Origin: Alphaproteobacteria bacterium
Lineage (GTDB): Bacteria; Pseudomonadota; Alphaproteobacteria; UBA828
DNA length: 64,000 nt
Assembly: GCA_965214705.1 (NCBI GenBank)
Contig: OZ243972.1
Coordinates: 544,001 to 608,000, forward strand
Reading direction: 5' to 3'
A model generated the notes under the pieces. That model did no database searches and was not told the origin of the DNA. It saw nothing but the letters and a program-made list of their open reading frames with translations. Shown in pieces: positions 10,712 to 20,641 of this stretch; the stretch's first letter is position 1, and each line of letters starts with the position of its first letter. The position numbers and the translations under genes are program-made.

Positions 10712-10832
10712 GGGCCCTTCTTCCGGAAATGCGTGATGGTCCTGGGGGTCCTAACGAACCATCAGGGGGCGCAGACGGCAAGCCTCGGGCGGCTGTCCTC
10801 GTCGGTGCAGCGCCGTCGATCACTGCCTCCGA

Positions 10833-11357
10833 TTATCTGTCGGCGAAGATGTCGTCGATCATGGCTCGGTACATGGTGCTCGTTTCGGCGCCGAAGCAGG
10901 CGAACACGACCTTTTTGAGCGCACTGCCGCCCTCGAAGTGATCGCGAGCTTCTGTCACGGCGATGCGCGTCGCCCGGTCGAGCGGATAGCCGTAGACGCC
11001 CGTGCTGATTGCCGGGAACGCGATCGACTCAATTCCCCTCTCGCCCGCCAGCTCGTAGCAGCGGCGGTAGCAGCATGCCAGAAGCGCGGGCTCGCCGCTG
11101 CCGCCGCCCTGCCACACGGGGCCCACGGTGTGGATCACGAAGCGGGCGGGCAGGTCGTAGGCGCCGGTGAGCTTGGCATCCCCGGTCTCGCAGCCGCCGA
11201 GCGTGCTGCATTCCTCCTTGAGGCGCGGCCCGGCGCCGCGGTGAATGGCGCCGTCCACCCCGCCGCCGCGCAGCAGCGCGTTGTTGGCCGCGTTGACGAT
11301 GGCATCGACCGCCAGCGTCGTGATATCGCCCTCGAAGACCTCGATCCGTTCGCGCAT
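10833..11357 (-). CDS. Macrodomain O-acetyl-ADP-ribose deacetylase (YmdB-like)
   Basis: [22 protein letters not shown] and [13 protein letters not shown] motifs. Confidence 0.92.
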   Translation of the reverse strand: MRERIEVFEGDITTLAVDAIVNAANNALLRGGGVDGAIHRGAGPRLKEECSTLGGCETGDAKLTGAYDLPARFVIHTVGPVWQGGGSGEPALLACCYRRCYELAGERGIESIAFPAISTGVYGYPLDRATRIAVTEARDHFEGGSALKKVVFACFGAETSTMYRAMIDDIFADR

Positions 11358-11373
11358 GTGGCTGCCTCGATCG

Positions 11374-11700
11374 TCAGTCGCGGGGGTCGCTTTCGGCGAT
11401 GCCCGACAGCTCGACGGGCGGCCGGTCGGGAAACTTGGCGACGAGCGAGAGGCTGCCACCCATCGCCTCCACGGTCTTCCGCAGGGTGGAGAGCAGCAGA
11501 TCGCTACGCTGCTCGAGCCGGGAGACGCCGTCCTGGCTGATGCCGAGCTCGGCCGCGACGCGCGCCTGGGTGAGCTGCCGGGCCTTGCGCAGCTCGCGCA
11601 GGGTCATTTCCTCGGCGATGAGCTCGGCCGCCCGCTCCTCGACCCTCCGCCGTGCGTCGGGGTCGAGCCGCGCGATCACGTCGTCCACATTGACGGGCAT
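11374..11700 (-). CDS. XRE-family HTH antitoxin (HigA-like)
   Basis: [27 protein letters not shown]; lies downstream of the toxin. Confidence 0.88.
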   Translation of the reverse strand: MPVNVDDVIARLDPDARRRVEERAAELIAEEMTLRELRKARQLTQARVAAELGISQDGVSRLEQRSDLLLSTLRKTVEAMGGSLSLVAKFPDRPPVELSGIAESDPRD

Positions 11701-12071
11701 TACGATCCTCCTTCCTGCGCAAGTCGGGCTAGGTGTCTGTCGAAGCGCTCGTCAGCCCTGCGGATGAGCGCGCGATAGAACCGTCTGGCGTTGCCTCCCG
11801 ACTTGTCGCCGGCAACGAGAAGCATGGCCCTGCGCTTCGGGTCGAAGGCGAAGGCGAGGCGCCATTCTCCATCCGCCGCGCTGAACCGTGCTTCCTTCAT
11901 GTTTGCGTGTCGGGAGCCATTAAGCGTGTCCACTTGAGGCCTTCCTAATTGCGGCCCGAACTGCTGCAAGAGGCGCGATAGGGCCAAGATCTGGATTCGC
12001 ACGTCTCTTCGTAGATTGTCGAACTCCGGCTGGAACTCGTCGGCAATTTCGACCGCCCATTTCTTTCTCAT
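11700..12071 (-). CDS. RelE/HigB (Gp49-type) toxin
   Basis: GPQLGRP.VDTL.GS.HANMKE.R and AFDP.R.A.LLVAGDKSG; toxin-first gene order. Confidence 0.88.
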   Translation of the reverse strand: MRKKWAVEIADEFQPEFDNLRRDVRIQILALSRLLQQFGPQLGRPQVDTLNGSRHANMKEARFSAADGEWRLAFAFDPKRRAMLLVAGDKSGGNARRFYRALIRRADERFDRHLARLAQEGGS

Positions 12072-12073
12072 CT

Positions 12074-12100
12074 TATGTTTTCCATACCATATGGCGTCAA
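12074..12100 (-). promoter_or_regulatory. Putative TA promoter/operator
   Basis: TATG-N5-CATA and CCATATGG palindromes next to a TTGACG hexamer on the minus strand. Confidence 0.4.
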
Positions 12101-12137
12101 GTGCATGTTGAGACGCTCGTCGTGGTCGTGCCCACCC

Positions 12138-15100
12138 TCACCGGAAGTCCCGGGAGTTGGGGATCACGCGCTGGTTGCGCGGGTGGCGCGAAGGAGACGC
12201 AGCGAGCCGCCTGCCGCCGTGCCGACCGGCCCCGGCGCTATCCGGCGACGGCTGCACAGCGCCCTCGTCCGGCGTCAGCAGATCGAACCAGTGGGTCAGG
12301 TCCTCCAGGTGAGCAGCCACCAAGTGGACGATCTCGCCGGCCCGCTGGACCCGGCCCCGCACCATCGCGAGCCGTGCGCCCAGCACCGCCCGGCGGTAGC
12401 GCTCCAGCACGTTGGGCCAGACCACAACGTTCACCACCCCGGTCTCGTCCTCCAGCGTCATGAAGATCACGCCCTTGGCGCTGCCCGGCCGCTGGCGCAC
12501 CAGCACAAGCCCTGCCGTCGCCGCCCGGTCGCCGTCCTGGGCGCGCAGGAGCGCCTCGGCCGGAAGCGCGCCCCGCCCCGCCAGCCGCTGGCGCAGGAAG
12601 GAGAGCGGATGCGCCCTCAGCGAGAGGCGGAGCGTGCGGTAGTCCTCCACCACCTGCTCGCCGTCGGCCATGGCCGGGAGCGCGACCGCCGGCTCCGGCC
12701 TCTCGCCGCGCTGGTCCGCCGCCTCGAAGAGCGGCAGCGGCGGCGCTTCGGCCAGCGCGCGGGCCTGCCACAGCGCTTGGCGCCGGTCGAGACCTGCGGA
12801 GCCGAAGGCATCCGCCGCCGCCAGGGTCTCGATGGCGGAGACCGGGATGCCGGCGCGGCGGTGGAGCGTCGCGATATCGGGATAGGGCGCATGGCTTTCG
12901 TTCTCCACACGCGCGTCTGTGATGCGCGTCGCGTCCTCCTGGCGCAGGCCGCCGATCTGGCGCAGGCCGAGACGGAGCGCACGGTGCTCCGCGCGGCGAC
13001 CCTCCCCCGCGTCCTCCCCCACATCCTCCAGGCTGTTGTCCCATCCGCTCGCGTTGACATCCACCGGGCGTACGGTGACGCCGTGCTCGCGGGCGTCGCG
13101 CACGATCTGGGCTGGGGCGTAGAAGCCCATGGGCTGGGCGTTCAGCAAGGCACACGCGAACGCGTCCGGGTGGTGGCACTTGAGCCAGGAGGAAACGTAA
13201 GCCAGCAGCGCAAAGCTCGCGGCGTGGGATTCGGGAAAGCCGTAGTCCCCGAACCCCTCGATCTGGCGGAAGCAGCGCTCCGCAAGCGCGGGCTCGTAGC
13301 CGCGCGCCACCATGCGCCCGACCATCCTCTCCTTCAGCTGGCCGAGGGTGCCGCGCCGGCGGAAGGTGGCCATGGCGCGGCGCAGCGCGTCAGCCTCGTC
13401 GGGCGTGAACTGCGCCGCCTCCATGGCGAGCCGCATCGCCTGCTCCTGAAACAGCGGCACGCCGAGGGTCTTCTCCAACACTTGGCGCAGCTCGTCCGGC
13501 GGGCCGTGCTCGGGCGCGGGCGCCGGGTAGATCACCTCCTCCAGCCCGTCGCGGCGGCGCAGGTAGGGGTGCACCATGTCGCCCTGGATCGGGCCGGGGC
13601 GCACGATCGCCACCTCGATCACCAGGTCGTAGAAGCGGCGTGGCCTGAGCCTCGGCAACATGTTCATCTGCGCCCGGCTCTCGATCTGGAAGACGCCGAC
13701 CGTATCGGCCCGGCACAGCATGTCGTAGACCGCCGGGTCGTCCTGCGGCACCGAGGCGAGCGTCAGATGCAGGCCCTTGTGTTGCGCCAATAATTCGAAG
13801 GCCTTGCGAATGCAGGTCAGCATGCCGAGACCCAGCACGTCGACCTTCATCAGCCCCAGCGCCTCCAGGTCGTCCTTGTCCCACTCGACAAAAGTACGCT
13901 CCTTCATCGCCCCGTTGCCGATGGGCACGATCTCCTCTAGCGGCCCGCGGGTGAGCACGAAGCCGCCGACATGCTGAGAGAGATGGCGGGGGAAGCCGAT
14001 CAACTCACCCACGAGCGCCACAGTCCGGCGCAGCAGGGGATCGGCGAGGTCGAGACCGGCCTCGCCGAGCCGCCGCACGACGGCGACGACGCCGTCGTGG
14101 TGCAGATCCCGAGCTGCGTCGGCGAGCGCTCCGCATGTGTCCTCGGAGAGACCCATGGCCTTGCCGACGTCCCGCGCCGCGCTCCGCCCCCGGTAGCTGA
14201 CGACGGTGGCGGCGAGGCCTGCGCGCGCGCGGCCGTAGCGGCCGTAGATGTACTGGATCACCTCCTCGCGGCGCTCGTGCTCGAAGTCGACGTCGATGTC
14301 GGGGGGCTCGCGGCGCTCGCGCGAGACGAAGCGCTCGAACAACAGGTCGACCCGGGCCGGATCGACGGCGGTGATGCCGAGGCAGTAGCAGACGGCGGAG
14401 TTGGCGGCGGACCCCCGCCCCTGGCAGAGGATGTCCTTCTCCTCGGCGAAGCGCACGATGTCGTACACGGTGAGGAAGTAGGGCGCGTAGCCGAGCTCGG
14501 CGATGAGCGCGAGTTCGTGCACCAGCGCGCGGCGGACCTTGGCCGGGATGCCGCCGGGATAGCACCGTTCTGCGCCCTCCCAGGTCAGCGCCTCCAGGTG
14601 CTGCTGCGGCGTAGTGCCGGAGGGCACCGGCTCGTCGGGATACTCGTAGGCCAGCTCGTCGAGGCTGAAGCTGCAAAGGTCCGCGATCTCCAGGGTGCGG
14701 GCGACGGCCTCCTCGTGGCCCCGGAAGAGCCGCGTTATCTCGGCCGCGCTCTTGAGATGGCGCTCGGCGTTGGCGGCGAGCCGATAGCCGGCCTGCGCCA
14801 CGGTGGTGCGTTCGCGGATCGCGGTCAGCACGTCCTGCAGGGGGCGGCGTTCGGGCGCGTGGTAGTGGACGTCGTTGGTGGCGACCAGCGGCGTCTCGTG
14901 GCGCTCGGCCAGCGCCGCGAGGCGATTGAGGCGGCTGCGGTCGTCGCCCCGGTAGAGCATGTGGGCGGCGAGATAGAGGGGGCCCGCATGGCGCCGGCGG
15001 AGTGCGGCCAGTGCCGCCGCAAACGGCGCGCCGTTCCCCTCACCGGCCTCTTGGTCCAGGCGATCCGGCGGCAGCGCGATCAGCACCTGGCCCTCGGCGT

Positions 15101-15458
15101 GGGCCGTCACGTCGTCCCTATGGAGCACGCAGCCGCCCTTGGCCGCGCGCCGCTGACCGAGGGTGAGCAGGCGGCAGAGGCGGCCGTAGGCGGCGCGGTC
15201 GCGGGGATAGCAGAGAAGCGAGAGGCCGCAGGCGAGATCGAGCCGCGCACCGACCAGGAACCGCAGACCGACCGCCTTCGCTGCGACGTGGGCACGCACC
15301 GCGCCGGCCAGCGTGTTGCGGTCGGCGATGCCGATGGCGGCGAGCCCGAGTTCCGCAGCCCGCTCCACCAGCTCGTCGGCGTGGGAGGCGCCGCGCAGGA
15401 AGCTGAAGTTGCTCACCGCCTGCAGCTCGGCGTAGGCGATGTTCGGACCGTCAACCAT
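12138..15458 (-). CDS. dnaE2: Error-prone DNA polymerase DnaE2 (ImuC)
   Basis: SNFSFLRGAS PHP start, GRGSAANS, PPDIDVDFEH, GFPESHA and C-terminal SRDFR. Confidence 0.96.
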   Translation of the reverse strand: MVDGPNIAYAELQAVSNFSFLRGASHADELVERAAELGLAAIGIADRNTLAGAVRAHVAAKAVGLRFLVGARLDLACGLSLLCYPRDRAAYGRLCRLLTLGQRRAAKGGCVLHRDDVTAHAEGQVLIALPPDRLDQEAGEGNGAPFAAALAALRRRHAGPLYLAAHMLYRGDDRSRLNRLAALAERHETPLVATNDVHYHAPERRPLQDVLTAIRERTTVAQAGYRLAANAERHLKSAAEITRLFRGHEEAVARTLEIADLCSFSLDELAYEYPDEPVPSGTTPQQHLEALTWEGAERCYPGGIPAKVRRALVHELALIAELGYAPYFLTVYDIVRFAEEKDILCQGRGSAANSAVCYCLGITAVDPARVDLLFERFVSRERREPPDIDVDFEHERREEVIQYIYGRYGRARAGLAATVVSYRGRSAARDVGKAMGLSEDTCGALADAARDLHHDGVVAVVRRLGEAGLDLADPLLRRTVALVGELIGFPRHLSQHVGGFVLTRGPLEEIVPIGNGAMKERTFVEWDKDDLEALGLMKVDVLGLGMLTCIRKAFELLAQHKGLHLTLASVPQDDPAVYDMLCRADTVGVFQIESRAQMNMLPRLRPRRFYDLVIEVAIVRPGPIQGDMVHPYLRRRDGLEEVIYPAPAPEHGPPDELRQVLEKTLGVPLFQEQAMRLAMEAAQFTPDEADALRRAMATFRRRGTLGQLKERMVGRMVARGYEPALAERCFRQIEGFGDYGFPESHAASFALLAYVSSWLKCHHPDAFACALLNAQPMGFYAPAQIVRDAREHGVTVRPVDVNASGWDNSLEDVGEDAGEGRRAEHRALRLGLRQIGGLRQEDATRITDARVENESHAPYPDIATLHRRAGIPVSAIETLAAADAFGSAGLDRRQALWQARALAEAPPLPLFEAADQRGERPEPAVALPAMADGEQVVEDYRTLRLSLRAHPLSFLRQRLAGRGALPAEALLRAQDGDRAATAGLVLVRQRPGSAKGVIFMTLEDETGVVNVVVWPNVLERYRRAVLGARLAMVRGRVQRAGEIVHLVAAHLEDLTHWFDLLTPDEGAVQPSPDSAGAGRHGGRRLAASPSRHPRNQRVIPNSRDFR

Positions 15459-17217
15459 AGAGCCCGTGGACGTACCAGCGGGGCGAGGCCTCGGCATCGC
15501 CGCCGTCATCGCCGTAGAGCCCGGCGCGGTAGAGCCAGTAGCGCCGGCCCTCTGCGTCCTCGACGCGGTAATAATCGCGCACCGCCTCGTCCCGCCCGCC
15601 GGCGCCAGCCCACCATTCCGGCTCGATGCGCTCGGGCCCGGCGGCGCGGGCGACCCGGCGGCGCACCCGCCGCCAAGTGAAGAGCAGGGGCGGGCCGTCC
15701 GGCACCTCGGCCATCACGTCTATCGGCTCGGGCCGGTCGAACAGGCGGAAGGGCCGCTGCGGCGCCGCAGGCGCTTCGGACACCGCGCGCCAGGGCGCAG
15801 GCTCCCGGCCGGGGGGCACCGCCCGCTCCGCCGTCTCCGGCCTGTGTCGGGCGACCGGCTCCAGCCGGCAGACGGCGCCGTCGCCGAGCTTTGCCAGCAG
15901 GCGATCGACCAGCAGGTCCACGCCGCCCTGCCGCCGTCTGTCCCCGGTGAGGGAAAGCTGCGCGGGCGCGAGCGGCTCGACGCGCTCGGCGTGGAGTGCC
16001 GCAAGATCGATGCCGAAGCCGGGATCGATGGTCTCCAGCGTCTCCCGGAAGAGGCGCAGCAGGTGATCGCCGTCCCTCGTCGCGCGCGCCGTTGCCACCG
16101 CGCGCCGCACCACGCCGCCGTCCACCCGGTAGCACCAGAGCGCGAGCCGGCGGACGCCGAGCCCGTCCCGCTCCAGGGACACGGTGAGCCCCGGCATGAG
16201 CCGGGCCAGCATCGCATCCAACCCCGCCCGGTCGATCAGGGGTTCCGGCAGGGACAGGCGCTCCAGGCAGGCGGGCGGCGGGGCCAGGGGCACGATCGGC
16301 TCGGCGAACCGGCCCAGCGCCCGGTCGAGACGCGCGAGCACCGCGCTGCCCCGCTCCCGGCTGGGGAAGCGGCGGGCGAGCGACGCGCGCGGCAGGCCGT
16401 CCACCGCGCCGATGGTGACCAACCCCAGGCGCCGCAGCAGGTGGGCGTCCTCGGCCGCGAGCCTCAGCCCCTCGACCGGGAGGTCCGCGATCGCCGCACG
16501 GGCCTCGCCGGGCGCGGCGATGCGTGCGTCCGGACGACCGTTCGCTGCCGGGCCGAAGCGAGCCAATGCCCAGGCGGCGCCCGGCGTGTCCGCGAGGCCC
16601 AGGCGGTTCTCGATGCCCAGGCCCGCGAGTCGCGCCGCGATCTCGTCCATGAGCGCCGCCTCGCCGCCGAAGAGGTGGGCGCAGCCCGTGATGTCGAGCA
16701 GCAGCCCGCCGTCGCCGCTATCGCCACAGCCGTCGTCGCTGCCGTCCACCGCGCACCAGGGCGTGAAGCGGTTGCACCACAGGGCGAGCCGCTCGAGCCC
16801 CTGCCGGTCCGCCGCCGCATCGGCGCGCGCGGTCACCAAACCGGCGAGCAGGGCGCGGGCATCGGCGAGGCGCATGCCGGGCCTCAGTCCCTTTGTGCCG
16901 GCCTCGCGGTTGACCGCCCACAGCACCGGCCCGCGCCGACCGGGTGCGACCAGCGCAAAGGGGACCGGTGTGGTCGAGTTTTTGTCGCTCACGGCGGCCG
17001 GCCTGCGGCCGGCGCCTGCCGCGAGGGCGCCGCATTCGCGGCGGGCCGCGGTCGCGGCCTGTCGCGAGCCCGTCAAGGACGGCCTCGCTCTAGCCTCAGC
17101 CGCCGGCGTGTGCGCGGCCTCGGGCTCGGCGCGGGGCCTCGATCTCGCTCGCGCTCGCTCGCGGCGTAGCCGGTCGATCGGCCAGCGCGGCAGCCATATG
17201 GAAATCACCCGTCTCAC
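15451..17217 (-). CDS. imuB: ImuB Y-family polymerase-like protein
   Basis: SIWLP.WP, LDITGCAHLFGGE, GPERIEPEWW and RDYYRVED motifs; GTG start inferred. Confidence 0.92.
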   Translation of the reverse strand: MRRVISIWLPRWPIDRLRRERARARSRPRAEPEAAHTPAAEARARPSLTGSRQAATAARRECGALAAGAGRRPAAVSDKNSTTPVPFALVAPGRRGPVLWAVNREAGTKGLRPGMRLADARALLAGLVTARADAAADRQGLERLALWCNRFTPWCAVDGSDDGCGDSGDGGLLLDITGCAHLFGGEAALMDEIAARLAGLGIENRLGLADTPGAAWALARFGPAANGRPDARIAAPGEARAAIADLPVEGLRLAAEDAHLLRRLGLVTIGAVDGLPRASLARRFPSRERGSAVLARLDRALGRFAEPIVPLAPPPACLERLSLPEPLIDRAGLDAMLARLMPGLTVSLERDGLGVRRLALWCYRVDGGVVRRAVATARATRDGDHLLRLFRETLETIDPGFGIDLAALHAERVEPLAPAQLSLTGDRRRQGGVDLLVDRLLAKLGDGAVCRLEPVARHRPETAERAVPPGREPAPWRAVSEAPAAPQRPFRLFDRPEPIDVMAEVPDGPPLLFTWRRVRRRVARAAGPERIEPEWWAGAGGRDEAVRDYYRVEDAEGRRYWLYRAGLYGDDGGDAEASPRWYVHGLYG

Positions 17218-17968
17218 GGTTCCACTCCACCTCGCAGATCGCAGGCCGCCCGCCGCGCGCGCGCACAAGCGCGAGGCGCCAGCGGGGCAGGCCGGGCGCG
17301 CTCTCGTCGAACGGATCGGCGCGGCTCGGCAGCGCCGCCACCCGCCAGCGCGTGAGCGCCGCGCTCGCCGGGCCGAGCGCGTCGTGGCGCAGCAGCAGCG
17401 CCGGCGTCGCGCCTTCGGCCGCAGCGAGCGCGAGGCGCCGGCTGGCGACGAAGGGGATGCCCTCGGCCTCGGCCAGCACCGCCGTGAGCGCACCGCAGCG
17501 CAAGCCCTCCTCCATCGCCCAGGGCACGTCCTTCTCGCGGCGGGCGCGGAGGATCAGCAGGTCTGCCGGCTCCAGGCCGAGGTCGCGCCAGCCCGGCCCG
17601 TGGAGGCGGCCGAAGCGGGCGGCCCCGCCCCGGCTCTGGCAGACCAGCACCGCGCCGCGCTCGCCGGCGCGCGCATGCCGGGCCAGCAGTGCCGCGAGAA
17701 AGGCGGCGGCGGCCGGCCCGTCCGCAGCATTCGCGCCCGCGGCCTCGTGCAGGCCGTCAGGCGCGAGGCCGCCCTCCGGCAGGGCGCCGTCCAGGGCATC
17801 GATACCGAGCGGCCAGGGCCGCCCCGCCCGGCTTCCGACAGTGGCGCCCTCCAGCGCGGCCGGGCGGCGTTCGAGCGCCGCGATGCGCCGCCGCAGCGCT
17901 GCCAGATCGACAGTGCCGTTGCACGGGGACCCGACTCGCATCGGGGATATGGGGCGAGAGGCGCTCAT
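17096..17968 (-). CDS. imuA: ImuA RecA-like protein
   Basis: LD.ALP.GGL...LHE, WAMEEGLR and SRRL.LAA motifs; first gene of imuABC. Confidence 0.88.
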   Translation of the reverse strand: MSASRPISPMRVGSPCNGTVDLAALRRRIAALERRPAALEGATVGSRAGRPWPLGIDALDGALPEGGLAPDGLHEAAGANAADGPAAAAFLAALLARHARAGERGAVLVCQSRGGAARFGRLHGPGWRDLGLEPADLLILRARREKDVPWAMEEGLRCGALTAVLAEAEGIPFVASRRLALAAAEGATPALLLRHDALGPASAALTRWRVAALPSRADPFDESAPGLPRWRLALVRARGGRPAICEVEWNRETGDFHMAAALADRPATPRASASEIEAPRRARGRAHAGG

Positions 17969-17972
17969 GATT

Positions 17973-18005
17973 GTTCACTATTTGTTCTTTTACAAGACCT
18001 GTCAA
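17973..18005 (-). promoter_or_regulatory. Alphaproteobacterial LexA (SOS) box overlapping a sigma70 promoter
   Basis: GTTC-ACTATTT-GTTC at 17973-17987; minus-strand TTGACA (18005-18000), 17-nt spacer, AATAGT. Confidence 0.88.
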
Positions 18006-18013
18006 GCCACGCG

Positions 18014-18044
18014 TGCCGCCCCATCGGTGGTGGGGCGGCATTTT
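18014..18044 (+). terminator. GC-rich hairpin with T tract (possible intrinsic terminator)
   Basis: TGCCGCCCCA-N7-TGGGGCGGCA-TTTT. Confidence 0.45.
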
Positions 18045-18276
18045 GGAAATGTCACTCACGGTGAAGATTGCGGAATCAGGCCGGGCGGGGAAATGGGCGC
18101 AATATCAGCACTCTAGCGGCTGCCAGCGACAACGGACGGAGGCCGCGCTTCCTCAATTGTGGAATCGTGCCAATTCAGGCGGTTAGCGCATATTGAGGAA
18201 TCCGATGGGGAATCGCTTCGCCGGATGGGACCCTGCCTGTTTCCCTCGCCACACCGCCCGTGCAAGGACCATGCAA

Positions 18277-20372
18277 CCCATCTTTGCCATTTTGGCGCGC
18301 GCCTGCGACCTAAGTAGTTGCGATGATGGGCTGATTTTCTGGCCCATCTGGGATTATGGCACTACGTTTGTGCGCTCATCGCGACACTCCCGGGAGCACC
18401 GCCCGGCGCCTGTGGGGATCCACCGTGAGGCCCGCCGCCTGCGCGATGACGCGCGCCTCGGCGTCGGGTTGAGCATCCTGGCGGATGACGATGCGGTTTC
18501 CGTCCACCTCCCGGATGGTGGAGGTGAGACGCACCCAGCCCGCGAGCTTGTCGCGGATCGTACTCCAGCGGTCATGCAAGCCGTGCGCCGCCAGACGGGT
18601 TCGCAGCAGATGAACCGCGTGGTAGGCGAGGACGGCGATGAACAGGTGGGCGGCGATGCGCGAGGTCTTGGAGTGCCAGACCGGGCGCAGGCCGATTTCG
18701 GATTTCAGGCTGCGGAAGGTGGCCTCGAGCTCTGTGAGCTTCCAGTAGGTTCGGACCACGGTTTCAAGATCCCACTCGACGTGGCTGGTGCGCAGCACAT
18801 AGATGCCCGCTTGGCGGTCGCGCTCGGCATGGAGAGCGTTGCGCCTCCAGCGGACCGCACTGGCCCGCCCCTTCTCTCCGGGCTCGACCTCGATGTCGTA
18901 CTGACGGTGGACGCGCCTGTACCTTTCCTTCAGCCGGCCCAGCTTCTCCATCACCTTGGTGAACTGCTTGATGTGGTTCTTCTTCGACAGCCCGCCATGC
19001 AGGGCGCGCAGGGCGTCCTCGAAGTTGTGACGCTGACGGGCGAGCACGGCCTCGTCCTTCTGCTGGCGCTCATGGCTCCAGACGCACAGGTGCGCTTCGT
19101 CGTCCCCTGCCGCGAGACGCCAGGCGCGGGCATCGTGGCCGGCCCGGGTTTCGAAGGCGGCATCGGCTTCGCGCCCGGGCGGCGCCGAGACGCCGCGGCG
19201 AACGGTGATCCAGTGATAGCCGCCCGCCCGCAGCCAGGCGAGGTTGGCCTCGGTGGAGATGCCGGCGTCCATGATGACCGTGGGCCTGGGGGCGTTGCTG
19301 CCGCGCGCTTGGCATTCCAGCCGCCCGATGGCGTCGGCGAGAGTGGCCGGCTCGGAGATGTTGCCGGGCAGGATCTCGCTGTGCTGCGGAAAGCCGGCCT
19401 GGTTCAGCGACAGGGCCAGGGTCACGATCGGACAATCGTCACGCCTCTGCTTCGAGCGCCCGAAGCGGGCCAGCGCGGAGCTGGGCCGTCCGGTCATATG
19501 GGTGTTGGTCAGGTCGAAGAAGACGATGGTGTCGGGGATGCCGAAGAGATCGCGCTCCCGGGCGCACAGCGCCTCTTCAAGCGCCGCGCGGTGACGCCAC
19601 AAGAGGTCGCCGATGCGGTAGAGCTTACTGAGCGTGAGCGACTTGCCGCTGTCGACATCGAGCAACTCCAGGGTCGCGCTGTTCGCGCTCAGCCAGCGGA
19701 AGGCCTCGCGCTCGCTGGAGGGATGGATCATGCGCGCGACCACCAGTGCCGCCGCGATGCGTGCGTCGCGCTCACTTGCGCCCAGCCTCTCCAGCGTCTC
19801 GATGAAGCGAAGGTCGTCAAGCGCGGCGAGAGCCAGGCGCTCGCAGCCCACCGAGCGGACCTGTTCGTGGGAGAGGCTATCGAGACGGACCGTGGCCAGG
19901 TCGCTCTCGTCCCCGGGCCGCGACGCGCCGAGATCGCGGGCGTGAAGCCGCCGTACGACGTCCTCGGCGACGGGGCGCAAGGCGGCATCCGGCTCCAGCA
20001 GCGGCTCGCTGCCGGCGAGAAGGGTTTCGATCAGAAGCGCCAATTCGCGCCATTGCTCCTCGGGCACACCGAAGTCGGCGCCGAGATTGAGGAGCGTGAC
20101 CTGGCGCACCCTTCCGCCGATGCGTTCGCTGCGCACGAGGCGGTAGGTGGCATAGCGCTCGCCACCGTCTCCGCGACCGGTGAGGGTTTTGCGAATGAAC
20201 ATGGCGGCAGGGTCACGGACAGTTTGCGGACTGTCAAGGAGCGCCGGCCCACAGACCAAAGATTATGGCACTACAATGGACTTCCCAAAACACAATCCAA
20301 CAAAATCAGTGCCTTAGATCCCAAAGGCTACCCAAAATCAGGCCTTCGGGACCGAAAAGTGGCAAAGATGGG
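18277..20372 (-). mobile_element. IS1634-family element A, complete
   Basis: TIR CCCATCTTTGCCA at both ends; 4-bp target duplication GCAA (18273-76 and 20373-76). Confidence 0.9.
18376..20202 (-). CDS. IS1634-family DDE transposase
   Basis: FFDLTN, FGRSK..R.D, VIMDAGI and E..FRSLKS..GLRPVWH motifs. Confidence 0.92.
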   Translation of the reverse strand: MFIRKTLTGRGDGGERYATYRLVRSERIGGRVRQVTLLNLGADFGVPEEQWRELALLIETLLAGSEPLLEPDAALRPVAEDVVRRLHARDLGASRPGDESDLATVRLDSLSHEQVRSVGCERLALAALDDLRFIETLERLGASERDARIAAALVVARMIHPSSEREAFRWLSANSATLELLDVDSGKSLTLSKLYRIGDLLWRHRAALEEALCARERDLFGIPDTIVFFDLTNTHMTGRPSSALARFGRSKQRRDDCPIVTLALSLNQAGFPQHSEILPGNISEPATLADAIGRLECQARGSNAPRPTVIMDAGISTEANLAWLRAGGYHWITVRRGVSAPPGREADAAFETRAGHDARAWRLAAGDDEAHLCVWSHERQQKDEAVLARQRHNFEDALRALHGGLSKKNHIKQFTKVMEKLGRLKERYRRVHRQYDIEVEPGEKGRASAVRWRRNALHAERDRQAGIYVLRTSHVEWDLETVVRTYWKLTELEATFRSLKSEIGLRPVWHSKTSRIAAHLFIAVLAYHAVHLLRTRLAAHGLHDRWSTIRDKLAGWVRLTSTIREVDGNRIVIRQDAQPDAEARVIAQAAGLTVDPHRRRAVLPGVSR

Positions 20373-20641
20373 GCAAGAGCGTTTTGCTCTCCTGAAACAG
20401 CTATCCGGCGCCTCCGTCGGGTGCGAGAGTGATTCGCCCGAGAGCCTCTCCGCTGGCGAAGGCGGGACGAGGCCGGGTGAGAACTCTCCGAAGCTGGAAG
20501 CGCCAGCGCTATGCGCTTGCTGCATGCGTGGCGTCCGTCGGGCCGCCCATGAGCGCGGCTATCCGGGTGCTGACCCGCCGGTCTCAGTCGACGCAATCAA
20601 CTCGTTGGCAAGCGCAACGAGACGGGCCGCCCTCTCCTTGA

